Of a stretch of 64,000 nucleotides of DNA, positions 1 to 9,575 are shown piece after piece. Source of the DNA: an uncultured Actinomycetota bacterium (GTDB lineage Bacteria > Actinomycetota > Actinomycetes > Actinomycetales > Cellulomonadaceae); assembly GCA_963783005.1 (NCBI GenBank), contig CAWALY010000003.1, positions 52,705 to 116,704 of the forward strand. Reading direction: 5' to 3'. Positions within the stretch are counted from its first letter, which is position 1. The number at the start of each line of letters is the position of its first letter. The notes beneath the pieces were generated by a model. The model was given only the letters and a program-made list of their open reading frames with translations. It ran no database searches and was not told the origin of the DNA. Position numbers and translations under genes: made by a program.

Positions 1-484
1 GGAAGTGAGCGGTCACGTGCCCGGACGCCACCGCGCCGCGCAGGGCCCGGGCGAATGCCCGGTCGCGCAGCACCAGCTCCGGCGGCCGGGGCTGCAGGCG
101 GGCGAACCACGCCACGACCACCCCGACGACGACGAGCAGCGTCATCCGGACCACCCACTCGCCCACCGGTTGACCGTCGGGTCCCGCCACGTCGATCACC
201 CCGGCCACCGGCATCAGCGGCCCCACCGCAAGCCCGACGAGCACCGCCAACGTCGCCGCCGCACCTCGCCCGACGAAGGCGGCCAGGTACACGATCGGCA
301 GGTAGTACAGGTGCACCAGGCCGTTGGGCGCGCCGTCGCGCCCGGTCCGCCAGACGAGGACAGTGATGCCCGCGGCGACGGTGGCTACGGCGGCGACGGC
401 GAGCAGGGTCGGCCAGCCACCGGCGGCGAAGGCACCTTCGGGCCAGCGCGAGCGTGCGACCGGACGGGCCGAGTTCGGCGGCAT
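1..484 (-). CDS. Membrane-anchored EAL-domain protein, N-terminal part (gene runs off the left edge)
   Basis: The reverse complement reads from ATG (482-484): MPPNSARPVARSRW...LVHLYYLPIVYLAAFVGRG...GPLMPVAG...SGHVTAHF up to the window edge. It is absent from the ORF track because no stop lies inside the window. The hydrophobic N-terminal module is paralogous to that of the EAL protein at 4371-5687 (FYVPIVFAAVRFGLRG...GPLMPLD). Confidence 0.6.
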   Translation of the reverse strand, partial: MPPNSARPVARSRWPEGAFAAGGWPTLLAVAAVATVAAGITVLVWRTGRDGAPNGLVHLYYLPIVYLAAFVGRGAAATLAVLVGLAVGPLMPVAGVIDVAGPDGQPVGEWVVRMTLLVVVGVVVAWFARLQPRPPELVLRDRAFARALRGAVASGHVTAHF

Positions 485-616
485 CGGGCTCCCTGATCGG
501 TCGTGCCTCGTGGGCATCGTCCCCATCGGCAGGTCGCGGCGATCTCGAAGGTGTCCGCGGGGGCCGGGTGCGCGACGACGACGCCGACCGCTGGTCCGGA
601 CCTGCGGACGGGCGCG

Positions 617-1855
617 TCACTCCACGGGGTCGCGCACGATCGGGCAGGTCATGCAGTGCCCGCCGCCGCGCCCGCGCCCGAGCTCGGCCCCCACGATGGG
701 CAGCACCTCGACACCGGCCTGGCGCAGCAGGGTGTTGGTGTGCACGTTGCGGTCGTAGGCCATCACCACGCCGGGCGAGAGGGCCAGGAGGTTGGCCCCC
801 GAGTCCCACTGGGTGCGTTCGCGGACGTAGACGTTGCCGCCGGTCTCCACGACGCGGAGCCGGTCCAGCCCGAGGGCCCCGGCCACGGTGTCGAGGAACG
901 TCCCCGGCTCCTTGCGCAGCTCCACCCCGCCCGGCCGGTCGGAGGGGTAGTAGGAGAACGCCTCGATGCCGTGGACGATGTCGGGGTAAAGGAGCACGAG
1001 GTCGCGGTCGGCGAACGTGAGCACCGTGTCCAGGTGCATGGTGGCGCGCATCTTGGGCAGGGCCGCGACGATCACCCGGTCCACGACGTCGTTGTCGAAC
1101 AGCGCCTTGGCGAGCTGGCCGATGCCCTGGCGTGAGGTCCGCTCACCCATCCCCACGAGCAGCGTGCGGTGGCCGATCGGCATCACGTCGCCGCCCTCGA
1201 GGGTGGCCAGACCCCAGTCGTGGGTCGGGTCGCCCCACCACTCGGTGACCCTTCCGGCGAACCGGGGGTGGTAGCGGTAGATCGACGTCGTGAGGATCGT
1301 CTCCTCGCGGCGCGCCGGCCAGTAGAGCGGGTTCAGGCTGACGCCGTCGTGGATCCAGCAGGTCGTGTCGCGGGTGTAGAGCATGTTGGGCAGCGGAGGG
1401 AGGAGGTACTCGTTGGTCCCGGTGGCGTCGGTGACCAGGCGGAGCATGTCGCCGCCGAGCTGATCGGGGAACTCGTCGGTGGACAGGCCGCCGATCAGGG
1501 TCTCGGCGAGCTCCCGTTCCGGCAGGCCGTCGAGGTAGCCGCGCACCTCGTCGACCAGACCCACGCCGACGCGGTTCGGCACCACCTGGTGGTCCAGGAT
1601 CCACGACTTCGCCTCGGGCACCGCGACCGTCTCGGTGAGCAGGTCATGCATCTCCAGCACCTCGACGCCCCGGTCGCGCATCGTCGCCACGAAGTCGGCG
1701 TGGTCCCGCTTGGCGTTCTCCACCCACATGACGTCGTCGAAGAGCAGGTCGTTGCAGTTGGTCGGAGTCAGACGCTCATGCGACCGGCCGGGCGCGCAGA
1801 CCATCACGGTGCGCAGCTGCCCGACCTCGGAGTGGACACCGGGCAGATCGCCCAT
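617..1855 (-). CDS. arcA: Arginine deiminase
   Basis: 412-aa ORF with full-length arginine deiminase character: N-terminal [21 protein letters not shown], and C-terminal GGGHCMTCP carrying the catalytic Cys. Confidence 0.93.
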   Translation of the reverse strand: MGDLPGVHSEVGQLRTVMVCAPGRSHERLTPTNCNDLLFDDVMWVENAKRDHADFVATMRDRGVEVLEMHDLLTETVAVPEAKSWILDHQVVPNRVGVGLVDEVRGYLDGLPERELAETLIGGLSTDEFPDQLGGDMLRLVTDATGTNEYLLPPLPNMLYTRDTTCWIHDGVSLNPLYWPARREETILTTSIYRYHPRFAGRVTEWWGDPTHDWGLATLEGGDVMPIGHRTLLVGMGERTSRQGIGQLAKALFDNDVVDRVIVAALPKMRATMHLDTVLTFADRDLVLLYPDIVHGIEAFSYYPSDRPGGVELRKEPGTFLDTVAGALGLDRLRVVETGGNVYVRERTQWDSGANLLALSPGVVMAYDRNVHTNTLLRQAGVEVLPIVGAELGRGRGGGHCMTCPIVRDPVE

Positions 1856-1997
1856 CGCACGTCCTCGGGTCTCGACCGGACCTGGCGCGTCGACTGTAGC
1901 GGGTGGGGGTTGGAGGGTGTCTGTCGAATCGGGCCCGCAGGGGTTGTGGATAGCCCTGTCGCGAACCTGACTGTAGATATCGTCGCAGGTCAGAGCG

Positions 1998-3749
1998 ATG
2001 TTGATGTTGACGCGGCAACGTCTCGCGAGTAGTCTCGAACGCGTGTTCGATCACCTCGCGACCGTGGCCACGCAGGGCGCGTGCTCCGCGCCGCGGGCGG
2101 GGAGCGGGCGTGACGACGCGGTGCAGAGCGGGCGTGACGACGCGGTGCAGAGCGGGCGTGACGACGCGGTGCAGAGCGGGCGTGACGACGCGGTGCGCGC
2201 CGAGATCGCCGACGTCGCGGCTCGCCTCGCGGCGCTCGACGACAGGGCCGTCGACGTCACGGCGTGGACCGCACCCGAGCGCACCGCGGCGATCCGGGAC
2301 CTGGACCGGGCGGCGGCGCTGGTCACCGCGGTGCGCGGGCGGCTGCTGCTCGCCGAGAAGAGGGCCGAGACGTCCGTGCGTCCCGGGGACCGGGACTTCG
2401 AGGCGGCCCGGGCGCGGCTGACACGGACCGGTCTGGGTGAGGCGCGGCGCGAGGTGCGCCAGGCCGAGGCCATGGACGCGATGCCCGCGGTCGCGGAGGC
2501 AGTGCGGGACGGACGGATGCCGCTTGCGCACCTCGATGCGCTGGCGCGCGCCGCGTCGGGCGCCTCGGAGGCCGCGGCCGCCCGGCTCGACTCGGCGGAG
2601 GTCCAGCGCGAGCTCGTGGCGCTCGCCGGGCGCCAGCCGCTGCGGGAGTTCGCGGCGAGCGCCGCGCGCCTCGTCGCCGAGGCGGATCCGGCGAGCCTCG
2701 AGCACGGCGCGGCAGCCCAGCACCGCGCCCGCTTCTTCGTCATGTCGCACCAGCCGGACGGCACGTTCCTGCGCGGGCGGCTCGACCGCCTCGCCGGCGA
2801 GGCGCTCCGGGTGGCGCTGGCCGCCACCGGCCAGGTTCCTGACGGTGAGCGGGACAAGCAGCAGGCCGACGCCGACGCGCTGGTCGCACTCGCCGAGCGC
2901 GCGCTCGCGGGCATGGCAGGGGTCAGGGCCCGCGGAACGCGGCGGGCACGCACCACGGGTGGCCGAGAGCCGCGCGCCACGGGCGAGCCGGAGCAGCGCA
3001 ACACCGATGGCCCCGAGCCGCGCGCCGCCGCCGATGCCGAGCAGGACGTTGCCGACGCTCGCGTGTCGGGCGCCGCCGGCCGCCCCACCGTGTCCCTGCT
3101 GGTCCCGGCCGAGACGTTCGTCGAGCTACGCGAGCACGCCGCGCGCGCCGAGCTGATGGGTTCCGCCGCCGACGGCGCGAGCCAGTGGCGACCGGTCGTG
3201 CCGGCGACCCTCGAGGACGGCACGCCGGTGGCCATGTCCCAGCTCGCGCGCACCCTGTGCGACTGCGAGATCGGGCGGATCGTCATCGGCGCCGACGGGC
3301 TGCCCATGGACCTGGGGCGCACGGCGCGGCTCTACACCGGGGCCCAGCGCCGCGCGGTGATCGTGCGAGACCGACACTGCGCCTGGAACGGTTGCGAGGT
3401 GCCGGCCGCCTTCTGCGAGGTGCATCACATCCGCTGGTGGGACCGCGACCACGGCCCGACGTCCGTCGAGAACGGGGTCCTGCTCTGCAGCCACCACCAC
3501 GGCGTCATGCATCGGCTCGACCTCATGGCCGAACGGCTGACCGGCGCGGCCGCACGGGCGGGAGCTTCGGGACCGGCCGGGATGCCTGCGCCGGACGGGG
3601 CGCATGGGAAAGCCCGCGGTGCGCCCCGGGCTCGCGAGGGCGAGCGACGTGGTGCACCCGCGGAGCCGGTCCGCTACCGGTTCCGACGGCGGCGTGACGG
3701 CGTGGCGGTCAACGCGCCGCCCGCGGGGACTCTTGCGGGCGTCGCGTGA
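1998..3749 (+). CDS. DUF222-type HNH endonuclease (13E12-repeat-family-like)
   Basis: 583 aa. The C-terminal part has [45 protein letters not shown] (HNH/Cys motif). The Ala/Arg-rich helical N-terminal region is typical of actinobacterial DUF222 proteins. The exact start is uncertain. Confidence 0.82.
   Translation: MLMLTRQRLASSLERVFDHLATVATQGACSAPRAGSGRDDAVQSGRDDAVQSGRDDAVQSGRDDAVRAEIADVAARLAALDDRAVDVTAWTAPERTAAIRDLDRAAALVTAVRGRLLLAEKRAETSVRPGDRDFEAARARLTRTGLGEARREVRQAEAMDAMPAVAEAVRDGRMPLAHLDALARAASGASEAAAARLDSAEVQRELVALAGRQPLREFAASAARLVAEADPASLEHGAAAQHRARFFVMSHQPDGTFLRGRLDRLAGEALRVALAATGQVPDGERDKQQADADALVALAERALAGMAGVRARGTRRARTTGGREPRATGEPEQRNTDGPEPRAAADAEQDVADARVSGAAGRPTVSLLVPAETFVELREHAARAELMGSAADGASQWRPVVPATLEDGTPVAMSQLARTLCDCEIGRIVIGADGLPMDLGRTARLYTGAQRRAVIVRDRHCAWNGCEVPAAFCEVHHIRWWDRDHGPTSVENGVLLCSHHHGVMHRLDLMAERLTGAAARAGASGPAGMPAPDGAHGKARGAPRAREGERRGAPAEPVRYRFRRRRDGVAVNAPPAGTLAGVA
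2103..2196 (+). repeat. 24-bp in-frame tandem repeat (3 perfect + 1 diverged copy) inside the HNH gene
   Basis: agcgggcgtgacgacgcggtgcag is repeated head-to-tail, encoding (GRDDAVQS)x3 followed by GRDDAVRA. Confidence 0.92.
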
Positions 3750-3754
3750 GGGAA

Positions 3755-4252
3755 TCACCCGTTCTCGGCCTGGAACATCCAGCGCTGCTTCTCGAGCTCC
3801 GCGACGATCCCGATGAGCAGGTCCTGGGTCACCGGGTCGGCCTTCTCGGTCTCGTCGACCTGCTCGCGCAACCGGGCGATGACGGCGCTGAGCTGCGCGA
3901 CGAACCACCCGATCACGTCGTCGTCGGACACCCAGCCCACCGGGTGCTCGGCGATCACCGACTGCTCGGCGACCGTCACGGCCCTGCCGTCCGGGGGCAC
4001 CCCGATCGCCGCGGCCCGCTCGGCGACGGTGTCGGAGAAGTCGCGGGCCGCCGCCACCACCTCGTCGAGCTGGAGGTGCACGCTGCGGAAGCGCGGGCCG
4101 ACCACGTTCCAGTGCGCCTGCTTGGCCACCAGCGACAGGTCGACCAGGTCGGTCAGGACCGCCTGGAGCGCCGCTCCCGCGATCCGCTGCTCGCCCTCGC
4201 CCAGGGTTCCCTTGATCTCCACGTCGTCCTCCTCGAACAGGTGAGTGATCAC
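3755..4252 (-). CDS. dps: Dps-family DNA protection / ferritin-like protein
   Basis: 165 aa. LVAKQAHWNVVGPRFRSVHLQLDE and the C-terminal EKQRWMFQA are characteristic of Dps. Confidence 0.9.
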   Translation of the reverse strand: MITHLFEEDDVEIKGTLGEGEQRIAGAALQAVLTDLVDLSLVAKQAHWNVVGPRFRSVHLQLDEVVAAARDFSDTVAERAAAIGVPPDGRAVTVAEQSVIAEHPVGWVSDDDVIGWFVAQLSAVIARLREQVDETEKADPVTQDLLIGIVAELEKQRWMFQAENG

Positions 4253-4370
4253 CTACGACGGTACGTCGCCGACCGGCACCACGCTGGGCGTACGCTCCCC
4301 GGTCACGTCCGTGTGAACAGCGCTGCGGCCCGCGCGTTGTTCCTGGTCATCGGCCGCGCCGAGGGCCATA

Positions 4371-5687
4371 GTGGGCCACGACCGGACACCCGGCCGCCGG
4401 AGGGGGAGAGTCGCGGGCGCCGCACCTGGGGCCCAGGCGCTCGGCGCGACCACGACCCACCGAGGGGCGATGCGACGCACCAGCTGGCTGACGTCTCCGA
4501 CGCCGCCCAGGACCCTGCGCGACCGGGCGCTCGCTCGGACTGTCACGCTGCACCCGTGGCTCGCCGGGGCGGCGACCGTGGCAGGCCTGGCGGCGTGCTG
4601 GGCGCTGGCGTGGGTCACCGGCGGCTCGCAGCGGGCCTTCACCCACGCGTTCTACGTGCCGATCGTGTTCGCCGCCGTCCGGTTCGGGCTCCGCGGGACG
4701 CTCCTGACCAGCCTCAGCGCCGCGGTCCTGGCCGGGCCGCTCATGCCGCTCGACACCGCGTCCCATGAGCTCCAGGACCCCGCGGGCTGGCTCACCCGAG
4801 CGGTGATGTTCTTCGCGGTCGGCACGCTGGTGACCTTCACCCTCGAGGCTCGGCGGCGCGCCGCCGAGCGCCAGCTCGCCCGCGACGTGCGCGAGACACT
4901 CGGGCCGCTGGCCGCCCGACCGGTGGACAGTGCGCTGGTCCCGCACGTCGAGATGGTGCTCGAGACCAGCCGGTTCCACACGGTCTTCCAACCGATATAC
5001 GCGCTGAGCACCGGCCGGCTGCTCGGCGTGGAGGCCCTGACGCGCGTCGACGTCGCGCCCTACCGGTCCCCGGACCAGTGGTTCGCCGCTGCACGCGAGA
5101 TCGGTCGCGGCGTCGACCTGGAGATCGCCGCGGTGCGCACCGCCATCGAGACCGCGACCCTCCTTCCCGATGGCGTCGAGCTCGCCGTGAACGCCTCTCC
5201 CGCGACTCTGGCGGACCCACGGCTGCTCGAGATCCTCTCCCGGGTCGCACGCCCGACCGTCGTCGAGATCACCGAGCACAGCGGGATCGAGGACTACGAG
5301 GCGCTCGGCCCACGGATCGAGGCCCTGCGCAGCGCGGGCGTGCGGATCGCGGTCGACGACGCGGGTGCCGGGGTCGCGAGCCTCCAGCACATCGTCCAGC
5401 TCGCGCCGCACGTCATCAAGCTCGACATCTCGCTGGTGCAGGGCGTCGCGGCCAGCCCTCTGCGCCGCGCACTGGCAGGCTCGTTGATCGAGTTCGCGGA
5501 ACAGACCGGCGCCCAGCTTCTGGTCGAGGGCATCGAGGACGCCGAGGACCTCGCCGTCTGGACCTCGCTCGGCGCCCACGCGGCCCAGGGATTCCTCATC
5601 GGGCGGCCCTCGGCGCTCCCCGTCCCCGAGATCTCGATGGCGATCGCGCACGGCGGCGCGGGCGGGCGGGTGGGACGACGAGCCTGA
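4371..5687 (+). CDS. Membrane-anchored EAL-domain c-di-GMP phosphodiesterase
   Basis: The C-terminal ~250 aa carry FQPIYAL...GVEALTR, ELAVNAS, VVEITEH, IAVDDAGAG, IKLD and LLVEGIE..QG motifs. The N-terminus has predicted TM helices. The start may be the internal Met near 4470. Confidence 0.85.
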   Translation: MGHDRTPGRRRGRVAGAAPGAQALGATTTHRGAMRRTSWLTSPTPPRTLRDRALARTVTLHPWLAGAATVAGLAACWALAWVTGGSQRAFTHAFYVPIVFAAVRFGLRGTLLTSLSAAVLAGPLMPLDTASHELQDPAGWLTRAVMFFAVGTLVTFTLEARRRAAERQLARDVRETLGPLAARPVDSALVPHVEMVLETSRFHTVFQPIYALSTGRLLGVEALTRVDVAPYRSPDQWFAAAREIGRGVDLEIAAVRTAIETATLLPDGVELAVNASPATLADPRLLEILSRVARPTVVEITEHSGIEDYEALGPRIEALRSAGVRIAVDDAGAGVASLQHIVQLAPHVIKLDISLVQGVAASPLRRALAGSLIEFAEQTGAQLLVEGIEDAEDLAVWTSLGAHAAQGFLIGRPSALPVPEISMAIAHGGAGGRVGRRA

Positions 5688-5770
5688 GCGGGGCCAAGAC
5701 CATGACCGGACCGGTCCGAGCCGGCTGCGGTCGCGGTCGGGCCGGGAGCCACAGTCGGCTCGTGCGGGAA

Positions 5771-5820
5771 GGCACGTCAGGCCCGTGGCGCGGGGCCGAT
5801 GGCACGTCAGGCCCGTGGCG
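5771..5820. repeat. 20-bp perfect direct repeat, 30-bp period, intergenic
   Basis: ggcacgtcaggcccgtggcg occurs at 5771-5790 and again at 5801-5820, between the EAL gene and the kinase-fold gene. Confidence 0.85.
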
Positions 5821-5862
5821 GAAGGCGCCGTCGGGCTCGGACGGCTGCCGTAACCTCCTCGG

Positions 5863-6798
5863 GTGAGTACCCCGGAGTGGGCGCCACAGCGCCGGATCAC
5901 CCCCGAGCTCGCGTCGGCGGAGATCGCCCGCCAGTTCCCCGAGCTCGCCGGCCTGCCGGTCCGGGCGTTCGACTCCGGCTGGGACAACGCGGTGCTGGCC
6001 GTGGGCGACCGCTGGCTCTTCCGATTCGTGCACCGCGAGATCGCGGTCGACGGCTCGCGTCGCGAGCTCGCCGTGCTCGGCTCGGTGGGCGAGCTCCCGC
6101 TCCCGGTGCCGCGGCCGAGGTTCGTCGGCCGGCCGTCCCGCGACGTGCCGTGGCCCTTCTGGGGGGCGGCGGCGCTGCCGGGCATCGGCCTTGCCGAGTC
6201 CGGCCTGCCGGTCGGGTGCCGCGGGACCGTCGCCGCGGAGCTGGGCGGCTTCCTGCATGCGCTGCACGACCCCGCGCGGCTCGGCGAGGTCGGTGATCTT
6301 CCCGTCGACCCGATCGGCCGGGGCGACCCCACGCGCCAGGCGGCGCGGGCTGAACGCCGCCTGGCGGCCATGGCGGCCGCGGGGTCCGACGACGTCCGGG
6401 ACCGTGCGGCCGAGCTCCTTGCGCGGTCCGGCCCACTGCGCCGGGCCGCGGCCGGGCTGGCTCCCGGTGAGGGGCGCGTGCTCGTGCACGGCGACCTCCA
6501 CGCCCGGCACGTCCTGGTGGACGGCGAGCGCCCGTCCGGGGTCATCGACTGGGGCGACACGGCGATCGCCGACCCCGCGGTCGACCTCATGGTCGCCTGG
6601 GCGTCCTTCGCCCCGGCCGAACGCGAGATCTTCTGGTCGGCCTACGGCCCGACCGGCGCCGACCGACGGCTGCGGGCCCGGGTCACCGCGCTGAACGTGT
6701 GCGCGGGTCTCGCCGCCCAGGCCGCTGCCGACGGCCGGCGGCGTGTGCTCGCCGAGGCGCTGGCCGGGGCCGAGCGCGCCTGCGACGACCCGACCTGA
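5863..6798 (+). CDS. Aminoglycoside-phosphotransferase-fold (APH/ChoK family) kinase
   Basis: 311 aa with LVHGDLHARHVLV (catalytic loop) and VIDWGD (DxD metal site). The GTG start has no obvious SD, so the start is uncertain. Confidence 0.78.
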   Translation: MSTPEWAPQRRITPELASAEIARQFPELAGLPVRAFDSGWDNAVLAVGDRWLFRFVHREIAVDGSRRELAVLGSVGELPLPVPRPRFVGRPSRDVPWPFWGAAALPGIGLAESGLPVGCRGTVAAELGGFLHALHDPARLGEVGDLPVDPIGRGDPTRQAARAERRLAAMAAAGSDDVRDRAAELLARSGPLRRAAAGLAPGEGRVLVHGDLHARHVLVDGERPSGVIDWGDTAIADPAVDLMVAWASFAPAEREIFWSAYGPTGADRRLRARVTALNVCAGLAAQAAADGRRRVLAEALAGAERACDDPT

Positions 6799-6836
6799 TC
6801 AGGCGCGCAGCGAGCGCACGTCGGGGCGGCAGCGCG

Positions 6837-7115
6837 TCAGCCCTGCGGCGCGAGCACGAACCCGGTACCGCCCTCGGCAGGAGCGGCGTCGAGCTGCTGG
6901 TCGGCGAGGAGTGTTGCGGTGGTGGGCTCGACGAAGACCCGTGCACCGTCGGCCTCGATGAGCTCGTCGCCGTCCACCGGCTCGGGGACGAGCGAGAGGT
7001 CGAACGTGCCCTGCTGGGTCGACTCTGCGATCCGCATCCCGCCCGCTTCGGGCAGGCCGGCGCGCTCGGTGAGGTCGTGGACCGCGTGGCGGGCGTTGTC
7101 GGTGAGGGTGAGCAT
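6837..7115 (-). CDS. HesB/IscA-like small protein (Cys-less variant)
   Basis: 92 aa. MLTLTDNARHAV..L......GMRI...........L.LV.EP...DE..E..GARVFVE resembles the IscA/HesB fold. A good SD (aggagag) lies upstream. Confidence 0.65.
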   Translation of the reverse strand: MLTLTDNARHAVHDLTERAGLPEAGGMRIAESTQQGTFDLSLVPEPVDGDELIEADGARVFVEPTTATLLADQQLDAAPAEGGTGFVLAPQG

Positions 7116-7363
7116 GATCTCTCCTTGGCTGGGGACGGCGCGCCCGGTGTGGCGTCGCCGTGTGGCGCGCTCGGTGCGGCGCGCCGATCGGCACGCCTGG
7201 CGCGCCTCGGTGTCCCACCACGGTTACCCGGGAGCGCCGCGAGGACAACCGCACGGTCGCGACCGTCCGCCCAGCGGACCCGGTCCGTGTCACTGATCGG
7301 ACGCGGTTGCCTCTCACTGGGTGTGTCCTACTGCGCAGGTTCGCGCTGTCGGCTGTTGGGTGG

Positions 7364-7957
7364 CTACTTGGGCGTGTGGACCTCGATGGTGCCCAGGGTC
7401 GCCAGGGGGCAGGGGATCGGGTCCCCGCCGTAGCACGACCAGGCAGGTGCCAGGATCCTGGTTCCGGGCTCGGTCGGTGTCCAGGTGCCCGACGATCGGC
7501 CGTTCCAGAGGCCGGTGAAGGCCGGCCCGCTGCCGGGCTGGGGTGGGTCGGAGATCATCAGGCGCCCTCCGTCAGCGCACTCGCCGATGAACCGGATGGT
7601 GACGGCCTGCCCGACCTGTGCGGTGATCGTCACGCTGGCCCCGTTGGCGAGTGGGAGCGGCGACCTCCCGGGGACGGAGTACTCCACGGTTGGAGCCGTC
7701 GAGCAGATGCCCGGGGTCGGGGTTGTGCTCGGTGGGCCGGCCACGGTGGACGACTGCGGCCAGCCGAGCGTGCCGGCCGCCACCCCGAGGAGCCCGACGA
7801 CGGTGAGGGTCGCTGCGCCGAGGGCCCCGCGCCGGCGCCACAGCCGACGCCGACCTCGGGCCCGGACCGCGTCCGCATCCAGCGACATGGCCGGGGCGGG
7901 CGTGTCGGCGCGGGCGCGGAGCTCGCGGATCACGTCCTGGTCACTCGGTGCGCTCAT
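7364..7957 (-). CDS. Single-pass membrane protein, putative anti-sigma factor
   Basis: ATG at 7957 overlaps the sigma-factor stop by 17 nt (ATGAGCGCACCGAGTGA). It has one TM helix (ALGAATLTVVGLLGVAAG) and a Cys-containing extracytoplasmic domain. The role is inferred from its position only. Confidence 0.55.
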   Translation of the reverse strand: MSAPSDQDVIRELRARADTPAPAMSLDADAVRARGRRRLWRRRGALGAATLTVVGLLGVAAGTLGWPQSSTVAGPPSTTPTPGICSTAPTVEYSVPGRSPLPLANGASVTITAQVGQAVTIRFIGECADGGRLMISDPPQPGSGPAFTGLWNGRSSGTWTPTEPGTRILAPAWSCYGGDPIPCPLATLGTIEVHTPK

Positions 7958-8552
7958 GACCCTCCCCTCGATCGCCCTGGCCGAGCTCGGCACGGTCGCC
8001 CAGGACGCCCCGCAACCGGGCAAGGGCGCGCGATGCGGTGGACTTCACCGTTCCGGCGGTCACGCCCAGGTCCGCCGCGACCTGCTCGTCGGAGAGGTCG
8101 AGCAGGTAGCGCAGCACCACGACCCGTCGCTGCCGGGGGGTCAGCACCGCCAGCAACGCGCCCAGCTCGTCGCGGTCGCCGATCCGCCCGTCCGCCTCGA
8201 CGGCGGCCTCGGGAAGCCGGTCCGGTGCCACCAGCACCTCACGTCGTCCTCGCCGCCAGGCATCGGTGCGCAGGTTGATCAGAACCCGCCGGGTGTAGGC
8301 CATCGGGTCCCGACGGGCGCGCGCCCAGGCCCCGTAGGTGCGTTCCAGGGCCTGCTGGGCGAGCTCCTCGGCCCGATGCGGGTCCCCCAGCAGCAGCCAC
8401 GCCAGGCGCAGCAGGTCCGCCTGAGCCGAGACCATGAACGCGCTGAACTCGGGGTCTCGCCCGGCCTGCAGGTCGGGCACGGGCCTGACCTCGACCTCCT
8501 CGTGATGCGAGGCGCCGCCGCGGGGCCCGTCGGCCTCCGGCTGAGCTCGCAT
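7941..8552 (-). CDS. ECF (sigma-70 family, SigE/SigM-like) RNA polymerase sigma factor
   Basis: Region 2 (DPEFSAF....LLRLAWLLLGDPHRAEELAQQALERTY) and region 4 (LTPRQRRVVVLRYLLDLSDEQVAADLGVTAGTVKSTASRALARLR) are present. I favour the Met at 8552 over the longest ORF (8582). Confidence 0.85.
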   Translation of the reverse strand: MRAQPEADGPRGGASHHEEVEVRPVPDLQAGRDPEFSAFMVSAQADLLRLAWLLLGDPHRAEELAQQALERTYGAWARARRDPMAYTRRVLINLRTDAWRRGRREVLVAPDRLPEAAVEADGRIGDRDELGALLAVLTPRQRRVVVLRYLLDLSDEQVAADLGVTAGTVKSTASRALARLRGVLGDRAELGQGDRGEGHERTE

Positions 8553-8599
8553 CGTCCTCACACCCCTACAACGCACCACCACGGAGCCAGGTTGTCTCC

Positions 8600-9575
8600 G
8601 CGGTCGGACCCATCACCAGGATCATCGGGCACCGCGCTGCAGCTGGGCATCTGGACGACTACGCGGCCGCGCGCCCGGCCACGTAGTCCTGGGCATCGGA
8701 GTCCGCAAGCCGTCGCAGGGTGGTGGCGATGCAGGCGACCTGGAGCCAGCCGGTTGCCGAGTCGGTGGTGTTCTCGAAGGACTTCGCGAGGCGGCGGGCC
8801 CGTCCCAACCGGCCGTGGGAGACCTCGACGCGCCAGGCGTGGCGGATGGGCCGGAAGACCGGCTGCTTGTCGTCCCACCCGACCCGGCGCACCTCCAGGC
8901 CGCGTCGCCGGCCCATCGTGCGTGCCGCGGCCGCCGTGACCCCGCGGTCGACCATGACTGCCTCGAGCCGTTCGGCTGCGCCCTGGTCGGCCAGGTGGTC
9001 CAGCATCAGCTCGGTGGTCCGGTTCTCGTGGGTGGAGGCGGGCACCACCAGGGCGCCCACCGGCAGGCCAGTCACGTCCACGGCCACCACACGCTTGGCG
9101 CCCTTCGTGCGCCCGTAGGGCACGCCTCGGTCGTGGAACGTGGAACCGCCATTGGAGGAACCGCGGGCAAGATGGGTGTCGATGACGACCATCGACGCCG
9201 ACTCCTCAGCGCGCCCGGCGGCGGTGCGGGCCGCCCGGTGCAGCACGGTCAGGGCCCGCGCCCAGGTGCCGTTGCGCGACCACCGGCGGAACTGCGACCA
9301 CACCCGCGTCCAGGGCCCGAAGCACTCGGGCAGGAACCGCCACTGGCAGCCGGTGTGGGAGATGTACAACATCGCATCGACCACCCGCCGCAGGTCCGGA
9401 CCATGCTTGGGCCCGCGCTTGCCGGGCGCGTTGAACACCGGCTCGAGCAGCAACCACTGCTCGTCACTCAGATCACTCGCGTAGGACACGCGCCGCACCG
9501 TGCCCTCCGGCACCACCACGGCACTAACCGCAAACAGAACACACCCAGTCAGAGCGACGGTGTGGTCGGGGCGCC
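8600..9575 (-). mobile_element. IS5-family insertion sequence (approximate limits, ends not resolved)
   Basis: A single transposase ORF fills the ~1-kb gap between the MscS stop (9583) and the region upstream of the ECF sigma gene. I could not identify terminal inverted repeats by eye. Confidence 0.6.
8659..9519 (-). CDS. IS5-family (IS427/ISL2-like) DDE transposase
   Basis: 286 aa. It has LSDEQWLLLEPVF...GPKHGPDLRRVVDAMLYISHTGCQWRFLP..FGPW.RVW.QFRRW...G.W (DUF4096-type N-terminus) plus a DDE C-terminal part (VVIDTHLAR...VAVD...). Confidence 0.85.
   Translation of the reverse strand: MVVPEGTVRRVSYASDLSDEQWLLLEPVFNAPGKRGPKHGPDLRRVVDAMLYISHTGCQWRFLPECFGPWTRVWSQFRRWSRNGTWARALTVLHRAARTAAGRAEESASMVVIDTHLARGSSNGGSTFHDRGVPYGRTKGAKRVVAVDVTGLPVGALVVPASTHENRTTELMLDHLADQGAAERLEAVMVDRGVTAAAARTMGRRRGLEVRRVGWDDKQPVFRPIRHAWRVEVSHGRLGRARRLAKSFENTTDSATGWLQVACIATTLRRLADSDAQDYVAGRAAA

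Noticed and set aside
5-496. Plus-strand ORFs 5-496 and 55-366 at the left edge
   Set aside because: The minus strand encodes a coherent membrane/EAL N-terminus paralogous to the gene at 4371-5687. The plus-strand products are Arg/Pro/His-rich nonsense.
617-1855. Complete arginine deiminase (ADI) pathway operon
   Set aside because: Only arcA is present. No ornithine carbamoyltransferase, carbamate kinase or arginine/ornithine antiporter genes flank it within this window.
5863-6798. Aminoglycoside resistance gene
   Set aside because: Only the generic APH/ChoK kinase-fold motifs are visible. Such kinases are abundant housekeeping paralogues in actinobacteria, and nothing in the context (no mobile element, no rRNA methylase) supports a resistance role.
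7215-7235. Second CebR-like half-site (GGGAGCGCC) upstream of the HesB-like gene
   Set aside because: Only one half matches and the sequence is not palindromic, so it is probably a chance match in GC-rich DNA.
8574-9521. 11-nt direct repeat caccaccacgg at 8574 and 9511, as a target-site duplication of the IS
   Set aside because: The right copy overlaps the transposase start codon region (GTGGTGGTG), so it lies inside the element. The sequence is also low complexity, and 11 bp is too long for the 2-4 bp duplications typical of this IS group.
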